A DNA stretch of 64,000 nucleotides from Eledone cirrhosa (Eukaryota), in assembly GCA_964016885.1 (NCBI GenBank), contig OZ024744.1, forward strand, positions 132,122,001 through 132,186,000, given 5' to 3'. A program made the position numbers and the translations under genes. The notes beneath the pieces are model-generated. The model was not told the DNA's origin, searched no databases, and was given only the letters and a program-made list of their open reading frames with translations. Positions 32,601 through 46,286 of the stretch are shown here, piece by piece (positions within the stretch are counted from its first letter, which is position 1; the number at the start of each line of letters is the position of its first letter).

Positions 32601-35600
32601 GGGGTTAAGTTAAGTTGGGGTTAATTTAAGTTGGGGTTAAATTAAGTTGGGGTTAATTTAAGTTGGGGGTTAAGATAAGTTGGGGTTAAGTTAAGTTGGG
32701 GTTAAATTAAGTTGGGGTTAAGTTAAGTTGGGCTTAATTTAAGTTGGGGTTAAGTTAAGTTGGGGTTGAGTTAAGTTGGGGGTAAGTTAAGTTGGGGGTA
32801 AGTTAAGTTTTGTGTAAGTTAAGATGGGGTTAAGTTAAGTTGGGGTTAAGTTATTTTGGGGTTAAGTTAAGTTGGGGGTAAGTTAAGTTGGTGATAAGTT
32901 AAGTTGGGGGTAAGTTAAGTTGGGGTTAAGTTAAGTTGGGTTAAGTTGGGGTTAAGTTAAGTTAGGGTTAAGTTAAGTTGGGGTTGAGTTAAGTTGGGGT
33001 TAAGTTAAGAGGTGGTTATGTTCAGTTGGGGTTAAGTTAAGTTGGGGTTAAGATAAGTTGGGGTTAAGTTAAGTTGGGGTTGAGTTAAGTTGGGGTTGAA
33101 TTAATTTGGCGTTAAGTTAAGTTGGGGTTAACTTAATTTGGGTTTAATTTAAGTTGGGGTTAAGTTAAGTTGGGGTTAAATTAAGTTGGGATTAAGTTAA
33201 GTTGGGTGTACGTTAAGTTGGGGTTGACTGAAGTTGGGGTTAAGTTAAGTTGGGGTTAAGTAGAGTTGGGGTTAATTTAAGTTGGGGTTAAGTTAAGTTG
33301 GTGTTAAGTTGGGGTTAAGTTAAGTTGGGGTTAAGTTGGGGTTAAGTTAAGTGGTGGTTATGTTAAGTTGGGGTTAAGTTAAGTTGGGGTTAATTTAAAT
33401 TGGGGTTAAGTTAACTTTGTGGTTAAGTTAAGTTGGAGTTAAGTTAAGTTGGGGTTAAGTTAAGTTGGGGTTGAGTGAAGTTGGGGTTAATTTAAGTTGG
33501 GGTTCAGTTAAGTTGGGGTTAAGTTAAGTTGGGGTTGAGTTAAGTTGGGGTTAATTTAAGTTGAGGTTATTTTAAGTTGGGGTTAAGTTAAGTTGGGGTT
33601 AAGTTAAGTTGGGGTTAAGTTAAGTTGGGGGCAAGTTAAGTTGGTGTTAAGTTAAGTTGGGGTTAAGTTAAGTTGGGGTTAAGTTAAGTTGGGTTTAAGT
33701 TAAGTTGGGACTAAGTTAAGTTAGGGCTAAGTTCAGTTGGGGTAAAGTTAAGTTGGGGCTAAGTTAAGTTGGGTATAAGTTGAGTTGGGGTTAAGTTAAG
33801 TTGGGGTTAAGTTAAGTTGGGGTTAAATTAAGTTGGGGTTAATTAAGTTGGGGTTAAGTTAAGTTGGGGTTAAGTTAAGTTGGGGTTAATTTAAGTTGGG
33901 GTTGTGTTAATTTGGGGGCAAGTTAAGTTGGGGTTAAGTTAAGTTGCGGTTAAGTTAAGTTGGGGTTAAGTTAAGTTGGGTTTAAGTTAAGTTGGGGTTC
34001 AGTTAAGTTGGGGTTAAGTTAAGTTGGGACTAAGTTAAGTTAGGGCTAAGTTCAGTTGGGGTAAAGTTAAGTTGGGGTTATATTAAGTTGGGGTTAAGTT
34101 AAGTTGGGTTTAAGTTAAGTTGGGGTTAAGTTAAGTTGGGGTTAAGTTAAGTTAGGGTTAATTTAAGTTGGGGTTATGTTAAGTTGGGGTTAAGTTAAGT
34201 TGGGGTTAAGTAGAGTTGGGGTTAATTTAAGTTGGGGTTAAGTTAAGTTGGTGTTAAGTTGGGGTTAAGTTAAGTTGGGGTTAAGTTGGGGTTAAGTTGA
34301 GTGGTGGTTATGTTAAGTTGGGGTTAAGTTAAGTTGGGGTTAATTTAAATTGGGGTTAAGTTAACTTTGTGGTTAAGTTAAGTTGGAGTTAAGTTAAGTT
34401 GGGGTTAAGTTAAGTTGGGGTTGAGTGAAGTTGGGGTTAAGTTAAGTTGGGGTTAACTTAAGTTGGGGTTAAGTTAAGTTGGGGTTAAATTAAGTTGGGT
34501 TAAATTAAGGTGGGGTTAAGTTAAGTTGGGGGTAAGTTAAGTTGGGGGCAAGTTAAGTTGGTGTTAAGTTAAGTTGGGGTTAGGTTAAGTTGGGGTTAAG
34601 TTAAGTTGGGTTTAAGTTAAGTTGGGACTAAGTTAAGTTAGGGCTAAGTTAAGTTGGGGTTAAGTTAAGTTGGGGCTAAGTTAAGTTGGGTCTAAGTTGA
34701 GTTGGGGTTAAGTTAAGTTGGGGTTAAGTTAAGTTGGGGTTAAATTAAGTTGGGGTTAAATTAAGTTGGGGTTAAGTTAAGTTGGGGTTAAGTTAAGTTG
34801 GGGTTAATTTAAGTTGGGGTTGTGTTAAGTTGGGGTTAAGTTAAGTTGGGGATAAGTTAAGTTGGGGTTAAGTTAAGTTGGGGGTAAGTTAAGTTGGTGG
34901 TAAGTTAAGTTGGGGTTAAGTTAAGTTGGGGTTAATTTAAATTGGGGTTAATTTAACTTTGTGGTTAAGTTAAGTTGGGGTTTATTTAAGTTGGGTTTAA
35001 GTTAAGTTGGGGTTGAGTTAAGTTGGGGTTGAGTGAAGTTGGGGTTAAGTTAAGTCGGGGTTAATTTAAGTTGGGGTTGAGTTAAGTCGGGGTTAATTTA
35101 AGTTGGGGCTAAGTTAATTTGTGGTTAAGTTAATTTGGGGTTAAGTTAAGTTGGGGTTAAGTTAAGTTGGGGGTAAGTTAAGTTGGGGGCAAGTTAAGTT
35201 GGGGTTAAGTTAAGTTGCGGTTAAGTTAAGTTGGGGTTAAGTTAAGTTGGGTTTAAGTTAAGTTGGGGTTCAGTTAAGTTGGGGTTAAGTTAAGTTGGGG
35301 TTAAGTTAAGTTGGGGTTAAGTTAAGTTGGGGGTAAATTAAGTTGGGGGTAAGTTAAGTTGGGGTTAAGTTAAGTTGGGGTTAAGTTAAGTGGTGGTTAT
35401 GTTAAGTTGGGGTTAAGTTAAGTTGGGGTTAAATTAAGTTGGGGTTATGTTAAGTTGGGGTTAAGTTAAGTTGGGGTTAAGTTAAGTTGGTGTTAAGTTG
35501 GGGTTAAGTTAAGTTGGGGTTAAGTTAAGTCGGGGTTTAGTTAAGTTGGGGTTGAGTTAAGTTGGGGTTAATTTAAGTTGAGGTTATGTTAAGTTGGGGT

Positions 35601-36870
35601 TAATTTAAGTTGGGGTTAATTTAAGTTGGGGTTAAGTTAAGTTGGGGTTAAGTTGAGGTTAAGTTAAGTTGTGGTTAAGTTAAGTTGGGGCTAAGTTAAG
35701 TTGGGGCTAAGTTAAGTTGGGGCTAAGTTAAGTTGGGGTTAATTTAAGTTGGGGTTAAGTTAAGTTGGGTTTAATTTAAGTTGGGGTCAACTTAAGTTGG
35801 GGTTAAGTTGAGTTGGGGTTAAATTAAGTTGGGGTTAATTTAAGTTGGGGCTAAGTTAAGTTGGGGCTGAGTTAAGTTGGGGTTAAGTTAAGTTGGGGTT
35901 AAGTTAAGTTGGGGTTAAGTTAATTTTGGGTTAAGTTAAGTTGTGGTTCAGTTAAGTTGGGGTTAAGTTAAGTTTGGGTTAATTTGGGGTTAAATTAAGT
36001 TGGGGTTAAGTTAAGTTGGGGTTAAGTTAAGTTGGGGTTAAGTTAAGTTGGGGTTAATTTAAGTTGGGGTTAAGTTAAGTCGGGGTTAAGTTAAGTCGGT
36101 GTTAAGTTAAGTTAGGGTTAAGTTAAGTTGGGGTTAAGTTAAGTTGGCTTTAAGTTAAGCTGGGGTTAAGTTAAGTTGGGGTTAAATTAAGTTGGGGTTA
36201 AGTTAAGTTGGGGTTAGGTTAAGTTTGGGTTAGGTTAAGTTGGGGTTAAATTAAGTTGGGGTTAAGTTAAGTTGGGGTTAAGTTAAGTTGGGGTTAGTTT
36301 AAGTTGGGGATAAGTTAAGTTGGGGATAATTTAAGTTGGGGTTAAGTTAAGTTGGGTTTAAGTTAAGCTGGGGTTAAGTTAAGTTGGGGTTAAATTAAGT
36401 TGGGGTTAAGTTAAGTTGGGGTTAAGTTAAGTTTGGGTTAGGTTAAGTTGGGGATTAGTTAAGTTGGGGATAAGTTAAGTTGGGGTTAATTAAGTTGGGT
36501 TTAAGTTAAGTTGTGGTTAAGTTAAGTTGGGGTTAAGTTAAGTTGGGGGTTAAGTTAAGTTGGGGTTAGTTAAGTTTAGTTTAAGTTAAGTTGGCGTTAA
36601 TTTAAGTTGGGGTTAAGTTAAGTTGGGGTTCAGTTAAGTTGGGGATAAGTCAAGTTGGGGTTAAGTTAAGTTGGGGTTAAGTTAAGTTGGGGTTAGGTTA
36701 AGTTGGGGATAAGTTAAGTTGGGGATAAGCTAAGTTGGGGTTAAGTTAAGTTGGGTTTAAGTTAAGTTGGGGTTAAGTTAAGTTGGGGTTAAATTAAGTT
36801 GGAGATAAGTTAAGCTGGGGTTAAATTAAGTTGGGGTTAAGTTAAGTTGGGGTTAGGTTAAGTTGGGGTT

Positions 36871-37166
36871 AACCCCAACTTAACTTAACCCCAACTTAAC
36901 TTAGCCCCAACTTCACTCAACCCCAACTTAACTTAACCCCAACTTCACTCAACCCCAACGTAACTCAACCCCAACTTAAGTTAACCCCAACTTAACTTAA
37001 CCCTAACTTAACTTAACCCCGACTTAACTTAACCCCGACTTAACTTAACCCCAACTTAACTTAACCCCAACTTAAATTAACCCCAACTTAACTTAATCCC
37101 AACTTGACTTAACCCCAACTTAACTCACACCCAACTTAACTTACCCCTAACTTAACTTAACCCCAA
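36871..37166 (-). repeat. Inverted satellite tract, subtype III
   Basis: Same junctions and diagnostic variants, plus a few private changes. Confidence 0.93.
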
Positions 37167-40100
37167 AATCGGAGTTACGTTAAGTTGGGGTTAAGTTAAG
37201 TTAGGCTTAACTTAAGTTGGGCTTAAGTTAAGTTGGGGGTAAGTTAAGTTGGGGGTAAGTTAAGTTGGGGTTAATTTAAGTTGGGGTTAAGTTAAGTGGT
37301 GGTTATGTTAAGTTGGGGTTAATTTAAGTTGGGGTTAAATTAAGTTGGGGTTAAGTTAAGTTGGGTGTAAGTTAAGTTGGGGTTGAGTGAAGTTGGGGTT
37401 AAGTTAAGTTGGGGTTAAGTAGAGTTGGGGTTAAGTTAAGTTGGGGTTAAGTTAAGTTGGTGTTAAGTTGGGGTTAAGTTAAGTTGGGGTTAAGTTGGGG
37501 TTAAGTTAAGTGGTGGTTATGTTAAGTTGGGGTTAACTTAAGTTGGGGTTAATTTAAATTGGGGTTAAGTTAACTTTGTGGTTAAGTTAAGTTGGGGTTA
37601 AGTTAAGTTGGGGTTGAGGGAAGTTGGGGTTAAGTTAAGTTGGGGTTAACTTAAGTTGGGTTTAAGTTAAGTTGCGGTTAAGTTAAGTTGGGGTTAAGTT
37701 AAGTTGGGGTTAAGTTAAGTCGGTGTTAAGTTAAGTTGGGGTTGAGTTAAGTTGGGGTTAATTTAAGTTGAGGTTATGTTAAGTTGGGGTTAATTTAAGT
37801 TGGGGTTAAGTTAAGTTGGGGTTAAGTTAAGTTGGGGTTAATTTAAGTTGGGGTTAAGTTCAGTTGGGGTTAATTTAAGTTGGGGTTAAGTTAAGTTGGG
37901 TTTAAGTTAAGTTGGGGTTAAATTAAGTTGGGGTTAAATTAAGTTGGGGTTAAGTTAAGTTGGGGTTAGGTTAAGTTGGGGATAAGTTAAGTTGGGGATA
38001 AGCTAAGTTGGGGTTAATTTAAGTTGGGTTTAAGTTAAGTTGGGGTTAAGTTAAGTCGGGGTTATGTTAAGTCGGTGTTAAGTTAAGTTAGGGTTAAGTT
38101 AAGTTGGGGTTACTTCAAGTTGGGGCTAAGTTAAGTTGGGGCTGAGTTAAGTTGGGTGTACGTTAAGTTGGGGTTGACTGAAGTTGGGGTTAAGTTAAGT
38201 TGGGGTTAAGTTAAATTAGGGTTAATTTAAGTTGGGGTTATGTTAAGTTGGGGTTAAGTTAAGTTGGGGTTAAGTAGAGTTGGGGTTAATTTAAGTTGGG
38301 GTTAAGTTAAGTTGGTGTTAAGTTGGGGTTAATTTAAGTGGTGGTTATGTTAAGTTGGGGTTAAGTTAAGTTGGGGTTAATTTAAATTGGGGTTAAGTTA
38401 ATTTTGTGGTTAAGTTAAGTTGGAGTTAAGTTAAGTTGGAGTTAAGTTAAGTTGGGGTTGAGTGAAGTTGGGGTTAAGTTAAGTTGGGGTTAACTTAAGT
38501 TGGGTTTGAGTTAAGTTGCGGTTAAGTTAAGTTGGGGTTAAGTTAAGTTGGGGTTAAGTTAAGTCGGGGTTAATTTAAGTTGGGGTTAAGTTAAGTTGGG
38601 GTTAATTTAAGTTGGGGTTAAGTTAAGTTTAGGTTAAGTTAAGTTGGGGGTAAATTAAGTTGGGGTTAAGTTAAGTTGGGGTTAAGTTAAGTTGGGGTTA
38701 GGTTAAGTTGGGGATAAGTTAAGTTGGGGATAAGTTAAGTTGGGGTTAAGTTAAGTTGGGTTTAAGTTAAGTTGGGGTTAAGTTAAGTTGGGGTTTAATT
38801 AAGTTGGGGTTGAGTTAAGTTGGGGTTGACTTAAGTTGGGCTTAAGTTAAGTTGGGGTTAAGTTAAGATGTGGTTAAGTTAAGTTGGGGTTAATTTAAGT
38901 TGGGGTTAAATTAAGTTGGGGTTAAGTTAGGTTCGGGGTAAGGTAAGTTGGTGGTAAGTTAAGTTGGGGGTAAGTTAAGATGGGGCTAAGTTAAGTTGGG
39001 GTTAAGTTAATTTGGGGTTAAGTTAAGTTAGGGTTAAGTTAAGTTGGGGTTGACTTAAGTTGGGGTTAAGTTAAGTTGGGGTTATGTTAAGTTGGGTTTA
39101 AGTTAAGTTGGGGTTAAGTTAAGTTGGGGTTAAGTTAAGTTGCGGTTAAGTTAAGTTGAGGTTAAGTTAAGTTGGGGTTAAGTTAAGTTGGGGTTAAGTT
39201 AAGTTGGGGTTAATTTAAGTTGGGGTTAAATTAAGTTGGGGTTAATTTAAGTTGGGGGTTAAGATAAGTTGGGGTTAAGTTAAGTTGGGGTTAAATTAAG
39301 TTGGGGTTAAGTTAAGTTGGGGTTAATTTAAGTTGGGGTTAAGTTAAGTTGGGGTTGAGTTAAGTTGGGGGTAAGTTAAGTTGGGGGTAAGTTAAGTTGG
39401 GTGTAAGTTAAGATGGGGTTAAGTTAAGTTGGGGTTAAGTTATTTTGGGGTTAAGTTAAGTTGGGGGTAAGTTAAGTTGGTGATAAGTTAAGTTGGGGGT
39501 AAGTTAAGTTGGGGTTAAGTTAAGTTGGGTTAAGTTGGGGTTAAGTTAAGTTAGGGTTAAGTTAAGTTGGGGTTGAGTTAAGTTGGGGTTAAGTTAAGAG
39601 GTGGTTATGTTCAGTTGGGGTTAAGTTAAGTTGGGGTTAAGATAAGTTGGGGTTAAGTTAAGTTGGGGTTGAGTTAAGTTGGGGTTGAATTAATTTGGGG
39701 TTAAGTTAAGTTGGGGTTAACTTAATTTGGGTTTAATTTAAGTTGGGGTTAAGTTAAGTTGGGGTTAAATTAAGTTGGGATTAAGTTAAGTTGGGTGTAC
39801 GTTAAGTTGGGGTTGACTGAAGTTGGGGTTAAGTTAAGTTGGGGTTAAGTAGAGTTGGGGTTAATTTAAGTTGGGGTTAAGTTAAGTTGGTGTTAAGTTG
39901 GGGTTAAGTTAAGTTGGGGTTAAGTTGGAGTTAAGTTAAGTGGTGGTTATGTTAAGTTGGGGTTAAGTTAAGTTGGGGTTAATTTAAATTGGGGTTAAGT
40001 TAACTTTGTGGTTAAGTTAAGTTGGAGTTAAGTTAAGTTGGGGTTAAGTTAAGTTGGGGTTGAGTGAAGTTGGGGTTAATTTAAGTTGGGGTTCAGTTAA

Positions 40101-41704
40101 GTTGGGGTTAAGTTAAGTTGGGGTTGAGTTAAGTTGGGGTTAATTTAAGTTGAGGTTATTTTAAGTTGGGGTTAAGTTAAGTTGGGGTTAAGTTAAGTTG
40201 GGGTTAAGTTAAGTTGGGGTTAAGTTAAGTTGGGGTTAAGTTAAGTTGGGTTTAAGTTAAGTTGGGGTTAAATTAAGTTGGGGTTAAATTAAAGTGGGGT
40301 TAAGTTAAGTTGGGGGTAAGTTAAGTTGGGGGCAAGTTAAGTTGGTGTTAAGTTAAGTTGGGGTTAAGTTAAGTTGGGGTTAAGTTAAGTTGGGTTTAAG
40401 TTAAGTTGGGACTAAGTTAAGTTAGGGCTAAGTTCAGTTGGGGTAAAGTTAAGTTGGGGCTAAGTTAAGTTGGGTATAAGTTGAGTTGGGGTTAAGTTAA
40501 GTTGGGGTTAAGTTAAGTTGGGGTTAAATTAAGTTGGGGTTAATTAAGTTGGGTTTAAGTTAAGTTGGGGTTAAGTTAAGTTGGGGTTAATTTAAGTTGG
40601 GGTTGTGTTAATTTGGGGGCAAGTTAAGTTGGGGTTAAGTTAAGTTGCGGTTAAGTTAAGTTGGGGTTAAGTTAAGTTGGGTTTAAGTTAAGTTGGGGTT
40701 CAGTTAAGTTGGGGTTAAGTTAAGTTGGGACTAAGTTAAGTTAGGGCTAAGTTCAGTTGGGGTAAAGTTAAGTTGGGGTTATATTAAGTTGGGGTTAAGT
40801 TAAGTTGGGTTTAAGTTAAGTTGGGGTTAAGTTAAGTTGGGGTTAAGTTAAGTTAGGGTTAATTTAAGTTGGGGTTATGTTAAGTTGGGGTTAAGTTAAG
40901 TTGGGGTTAAGTAGAGTTGGGGTTAATTTAAGTTGGGGTTAAGTTAAGTTGGTGTTAAGTTGGGGTTAAGTTAAGTTGGGGTTAAGTTGGGGTTAAGTTG
41001 AGTGGTGGTTATGTTAAGTTGGGGTTAAGTTAAGTTGGGGTTAATTTAAATTGGGGTTAAGTTAACTTTGTGGTTAAGTTAAGTTGGAGTTAATTTAAGT
41101 TGGGGTTAAGTTAAGTTGGGGTTGAGTGAAGTGGGGGCTAAGTTAATTTGTGGTTAAGTTAATTTGGGGTTAAGTTAAGTTGGGGTTAAGTTAAGTTGGG
41201 GGTAAGTTAAGTTGGGGGCAAGTTAAGTTGGGGTTAAGTTAAGTTGCGGTTAAGTTAAGTTGGGGTTAAGTTAAGTTGGGTTTAAGTTAAGTTGGGGTTC
41301 AGTTAAGTTGGGGTTAAGTTAAGTTGGGGTTAAGTTAAGTTGGGGTTGAGTTAAGTTGGGGTTTAATTAAGTTGGGGTTGAGTTAAGTTGGGGTTGAGTT
41401 AAGTGGGGGTTGAGTTAAGTTGGGGTTAAGCTAAGTTGGGGTTAAGTTAAATTGAGGTTAAGTTAACTTGGGTTTGAGTTAAGTTGGGGTTAAGTTAAGT
41501 TGGTGTTAAGTTCAGTTCAGGTTAAGTTAACTTGGGGTTAAGTTAAGTTGGGGTTGAGTTAAGTTGGGGTTGAGTTAAGTTGGGGTTAAGTTAAGTTGGG
41601 GTTAACTTAAGTTGGGGTTAAGTTAAGTTGGGGTTAATTTAAGTTGGGGTTCAGTTAAATTGAGGTTAAGATAACTTGGGTTTGCGTTAAGATGGGGTTA
41701 AGTT

Positions 41705-43750
41705 AGGTTTTTCGAAAACCTTATATAATCATTTTTATTTAGGTTCTTCGAAACACCTTATATAATCAATTTTTTTAGGTTTTTCGAAAAACCTTATATA
41801 ATCAATTTTTTAATACTTTTAGAAATATTTATATCTGATTTCAAATATTGATTTTATTAGGTTTTTGGAATAATCAATTTTTTTTACGTTTTTCGAAAAA
41901 TGTTATATAATCAATTTTTTTTAGGTTTTTCGAATCAATTCAATTTTTATAATCAAATATTTTTAGGTTTTTAGAAAAACCTTATATAATCAAATTTTTT
42001 TAGGTTTTTCGAAAAACCTTATATAATTAATTTTTTTATACTTTTAGAAATATTTATATCTGATTTCAAATATTGGATTTTTTAGGTTTTTCGATAATCA
42101 ATTTTTTTTAGATTTTTCGAAAAATCTTATATAATCAATTTTTTTACGTTTTTAGAAAGACCTTATATAATCAATTTTTTTATACTTTTAGAAATATTTA
42201 TATCTGATTTCAAATATTGATTTTTTTTTTAGGTTTTTCGAAATACCTTATATAATCAATTTTTTTTAGGTTTTTCAAATTACTTTATATAATCAATTTT
42301 TTTTATCTGATTTCAAATATTGATTTTTTTAGCTTTTTCGACAAAATCTTATATAATCAATTTTTTTTAGGTTTTTCGAAAAAGAATGAATTTGAGTTCA
42401 TAGTCGAAATATATACTTCTGCATTAATCTTTTTACGTTTTTTTGATTTTTTTTAAAAAAACGTAAAAAATTAATGCTTTTACAAATCTTTTGAAATATT
42501 TACTTTCTAGTTTCAAATTTTGCAGATTAAATTTTTCTCGAAAAATCTAAAAAATCAGTTGTCGAAATCAGAAGTTAATATTTCGAAAAACGCAATTTGA
42601 AAAACTCATATTAATTTTTTTTCGAAAACATTATATAATCAATTTTTTAGAAATATTTATATCTGATTACAAATATTGATTTTTTTAGGTTTTTCGAAAA
42701 CCCTATATAATCAATTTTTTTGTACTTTTAGAAATATCTATATCTGATTTCATGTATTGATTTTTTTATATTTTTCGAAAAATCTTATATAATCAATTTT
42801 TTTACGTTTTTAGAAAAACCTTATATAATCAATTTTTTTTAGGTTTTTCGAAAAACCTTATATAATCAATTTTTTTATGTTTTTTCGAAAAATCTTATAT
42901 AATCAATTTTTTTACGTTTTTAGAAATATTTATATCTGATTTCAAATATTGATTTTTTTTAGATTTTTCGAAATACCTTATATAATCAATTTTTTTTAGG
43001 TTTTTCAAATTACCTTATATAATCAATTTTTTTTATCTGATTTCAAATATTGATTTTTTTAGCTTTTTCGACAAAATCTTATATAATCAATTTTTTTTAG
43101 GTTTTTCGAAAAAGAATGAATTTGAGTTCATAGTCGAAATATATACTTCTGCATTAATCTTTTTACGTTTTTTTGATTTTTTTTAAAAAAACGTAAAAAA
43201 TTAATGCTTTTACAAATCTTTTGAAATATTCACTTTCTAGTTTCAAATTTTGCAGATTAAATTTTTCTCGAAAAACCTAAAAAATCAGTTGTCGAAATCA
43301 GAAGTTAATATTTCGTAAAACGCAATTTGAAAAACTCATTAATTTTTTTTCGAAAACTTATTATATAATCAATTTTTTTATACTTTTAGAAATATTTATA
43401 TCTGATTTCAAATATTGATTTTTTTAGGTTTTTCGAAAACCCTATATAATCAATTTTTTTGTACTTTTAGAAATATCTATATCTGATTTCATGTATTGAT
43501 TTTTTTATATTTTTCGAAAAATCTTATATAATCAATTTTTTTACGTTTTTAGAAAAACCTTATATAATCAATTTTTTTTAGGTTTTTCGAAAAACCTTAT
43601 ATAATCAATTTTTTTATGTTTTTTCGAAAAATCTTATATAATCAATTTTTTTACGTTTTTAGAAATATTTATATCTGATTTCAAATATTGATTTTTTTTA
43701 GATTTTTCGAAATACCTTATATAATCAATTTTTTTTAGGTTTTTCAAATT
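41705..43750. repeat. AT-rich block A5 (longest; internal ~730-bp duplication)
   Basis: Core starts at ~42385 and ~43115. Ends CAAATT|ACCCCGAC into C-strand satellite, as in A1. Confidence 0.95.
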
Positions 43751-43885
43751 ACCCCGACTTAACTTAACCCCAACTTGACTTAACCCCAACTTAACTCACA
43801 CCCAACTTAACTTACCCCCAACTTAACTTAACCCCAACTTGACTTAACCCCAACTTAACTTAACCCCAACTTAACTTAACCCCAA
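43751..43885 (-). repeat. Inverted satellite tract fused to the end of AT block A5
   Basis: C-strand 16-mers ending CCCCAAAGTCGGAG. Confidence 0.93.
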
Positions 43886-44594
43886 AGTCGGAGTTAAGTT
43901 AAGTTGGGGTTAAGCTAAGTTGGGGGTAAGTTAAGTTGGGGGTAAGTTAAATTGGGGTTAAGTTAAGTTGGGGTTAAGTTAGGGTTAAGTTAAGTTGGGT
44001 ATAAGTTAAGTTGGGGTTGAGTGAAGTTGGGGTTAAGTTAAGTTGGGGTTAAGTTAAGTTAGGGTTAATTTAAGTTGGGGTTAAGTTAAGTTGGGGTTAA
44101 CTTAAGTTGGGGTTAAGTTAAGTTGGGGTTAATTTAGGTTGGGGTTAAGTTAAGTTGGGGTTAAGATAAGTTGGGGTTAAGTTAAATTGAGATTAAGTTA
44201 ACTTGGGTTTGAGTTAAGTTGGGGATAAGGTAAGTTGGGGTTAAGTTAAGTTGGGGTTAATTTAAGTTGGGTTTAAGTTAAGTTGGGGTTGAGTTAAGTT
44301 GGGGTTAATTCAAGTTGGGGCTAAGTTAAGTTGGGGCTGAGTTAAGTTGGGGTTAAGTTAAGTTGGGGTTAAATTAACTTGGGTTTGATTTAAGTTGGGG
44401 ATAAGTTAAGTTGGGGTTAAGTTAAGTTGGGGTTAAGTTAAGTTGGGTTTAAGTTAAGTTGGGGCTAAGTTAAGTTAGGGCTAAGTTAATTTGGGTTTAA
44501 GTTAAGTTGGGGCTAAGTTAAGTTGGGTCTAAGTTAAGTTGGGGTTAAGTTAAGTTGGGGTTAAGTTAAGTTGGGGTTAGGTTAAGTTGGGGTT

Positions 44595-44826
44595 AACCCC
44601 AACTTAACTTAACCCCAACTTAACATAACCCCAACTTCACTCAACCCCAACTTAACTTAACCCCAACTTCACTCAACCCCAACTTAACTCAACCCCAACT
44701 TAACTTAACCCCAACTTAACTTAACCCCAACTTAACTTAACCCTAACTTAACTTAACCCCGACTTAACGTAAGCCCGACTTAACTTAACCCCAACTTAAC
44801 TTACCCCCAACTTAACTTAACCCCAA
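44595..44826 (-). repeat. Inverted satellite tract, shortened single-copy subtype (~232 bp)
   Basis: GGGGTT|AACCCC start, private variants (TAACATAAC, AACGTAAGCCCG), AAAGTCGGAG end. Confidence 0.92.
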
Positions 44827-46286
44827 AGTCGGAGTTAAGTTGGGGTTAAGTTAAGTTGGGGTTAAGTTAAGTGGTGGTTATGTTAAGTTGGGGTTAAGTT
44901 AAGTTGGGGTTAAATTAAGTTGGGGTTAAGTTAAGTTGGGTGTAAGTTAAGTTGGGGTTGAGTGAAGTTGGGGTTAAGTTAAGTTGGGGTTAAGTAGAGT
45001 TGGGGTTAAGTTAAGTTGGGGTTAAGTTAAGTTGGTGTTAAGTTGGGGTTAAGTTAAGTTGGGGTTAAGTTAAGTTGGGGTTAAATTAAGTTGGGGTTAA
45101 CTTAAGTTGGGTTTAAGTTAAGTTGCGGTTAATTTAAGTTGGGGTTAAGTTAAGTTGGGGTTAAGTTAAGTCGGGGTTAAGTTAAGTTGGGGTTGAGTTA
45201 AGTTGGGGTTATTTTAAGTTGAGGTTATGTTAAGTTGGGGTTAATTTAAGTTGGGGTTAAGTTAAGTTGGGGTTAATTTAAGTTGGGGTTAAGTTAAGTT
45301 GGGTTTAAGTTAAGTTGGGGCTAAGTTAAGTTGGGTCTAATTTGAGTTGGGGTTAAGTTAAGTTGGGGTTAAGTTAAGTTGAGGTTAAATTAAGTTGGGG
45401 TTAATTAAGTTGGGGTTAAGTTAAGTTGGGGTTAAGTTAAGTTGGGGTTGAGTTAAGTTGGGGTTGAGTTAAGTTGGGGTTAAGTTAAGTTGGGGTTAAA
45501 TTAAGTTGGGGTTAAGTTAAGTTGGGGTTAATTTAAGTTCGGGTTAAGTTAAGTTCGGGGTAAGCTAAGTTGGGGTTAAGTTAAATCGGGTCTAAGTTAA
45601 GTGGGAGGTTAAGTTAAGTTGGGGTTGAGTTAAGTTGTGGTTAAGTTAACTTGGGGTTAAGTTAAGTTAAGTTTGAGTTAAGTTGGGGTTAAGTTGGGGT
45701 TAAGTTAAGTTGGGGTTAAGTTACGTTGGGGTTAAGTTAAGTTGGGGTTAAGTTGAGGTTAAGTTAAGTTGTGGTTAAGTTAAGCTGGGGTTAAGTTAAG
45801 TTGGGGTTAAATTAAGTTGGGGTTAAGTTAAGTTTGGGTTAGGTTAAGTTGGGGATAAGTTAAGTTGGGGATAAGTTAAGTTGGGGTTAAGTTAAGTTGG
45901 GTTTAAGTTAAGTTGGGGTTAAGTTAAGTTGGGGTTAAGTTAAGTTGGGGTTAAATTAAGTTGCGGTTAGTTAAGTTGAGTTTAAGTTAAGTTGGGGTTA
46001 ATTTAAGTTGGGGTTAAGTTAAGTTGGGGTTCAGTTAAGTTGGGGTTAAGTGAAGTTGGGGTTAAGTTAAGTTGGGGTTAAGTTAAGTTGGGGTTAGGGT
46101 AAGTTGGGGATAATTTAAGTTGGGGATAAGCTAAGTTGGGGTTAAGTTAAGTTGGGTTTAAGTTAAGTTGGGGTTAAGTTAAGTTGGGGTTAAATTAAGT
46201 TGGGGTTAAGTTAAGCTGGGGTTAAATTAAGTTGGGGTTATGTTAAGTTGGGGTTAAGTTAAGTTGGGGTTAGTTTAAGTGGGGTT

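Larger units (their letters stand above)
23290..33480 (+). repeat. Tandem ~5.16-kb segmental duplication of pure 16-mer satellite (no AT block)
   Basis: Landmark variants recur at offset 5160-5161 (inversion III at 24240 and 29401; GGGTGTACG at ~26404 and ~31565). The offset becomes ~5257 after a ~96-bp (six-monomer) indel near 32530. Confidence 0.85.
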
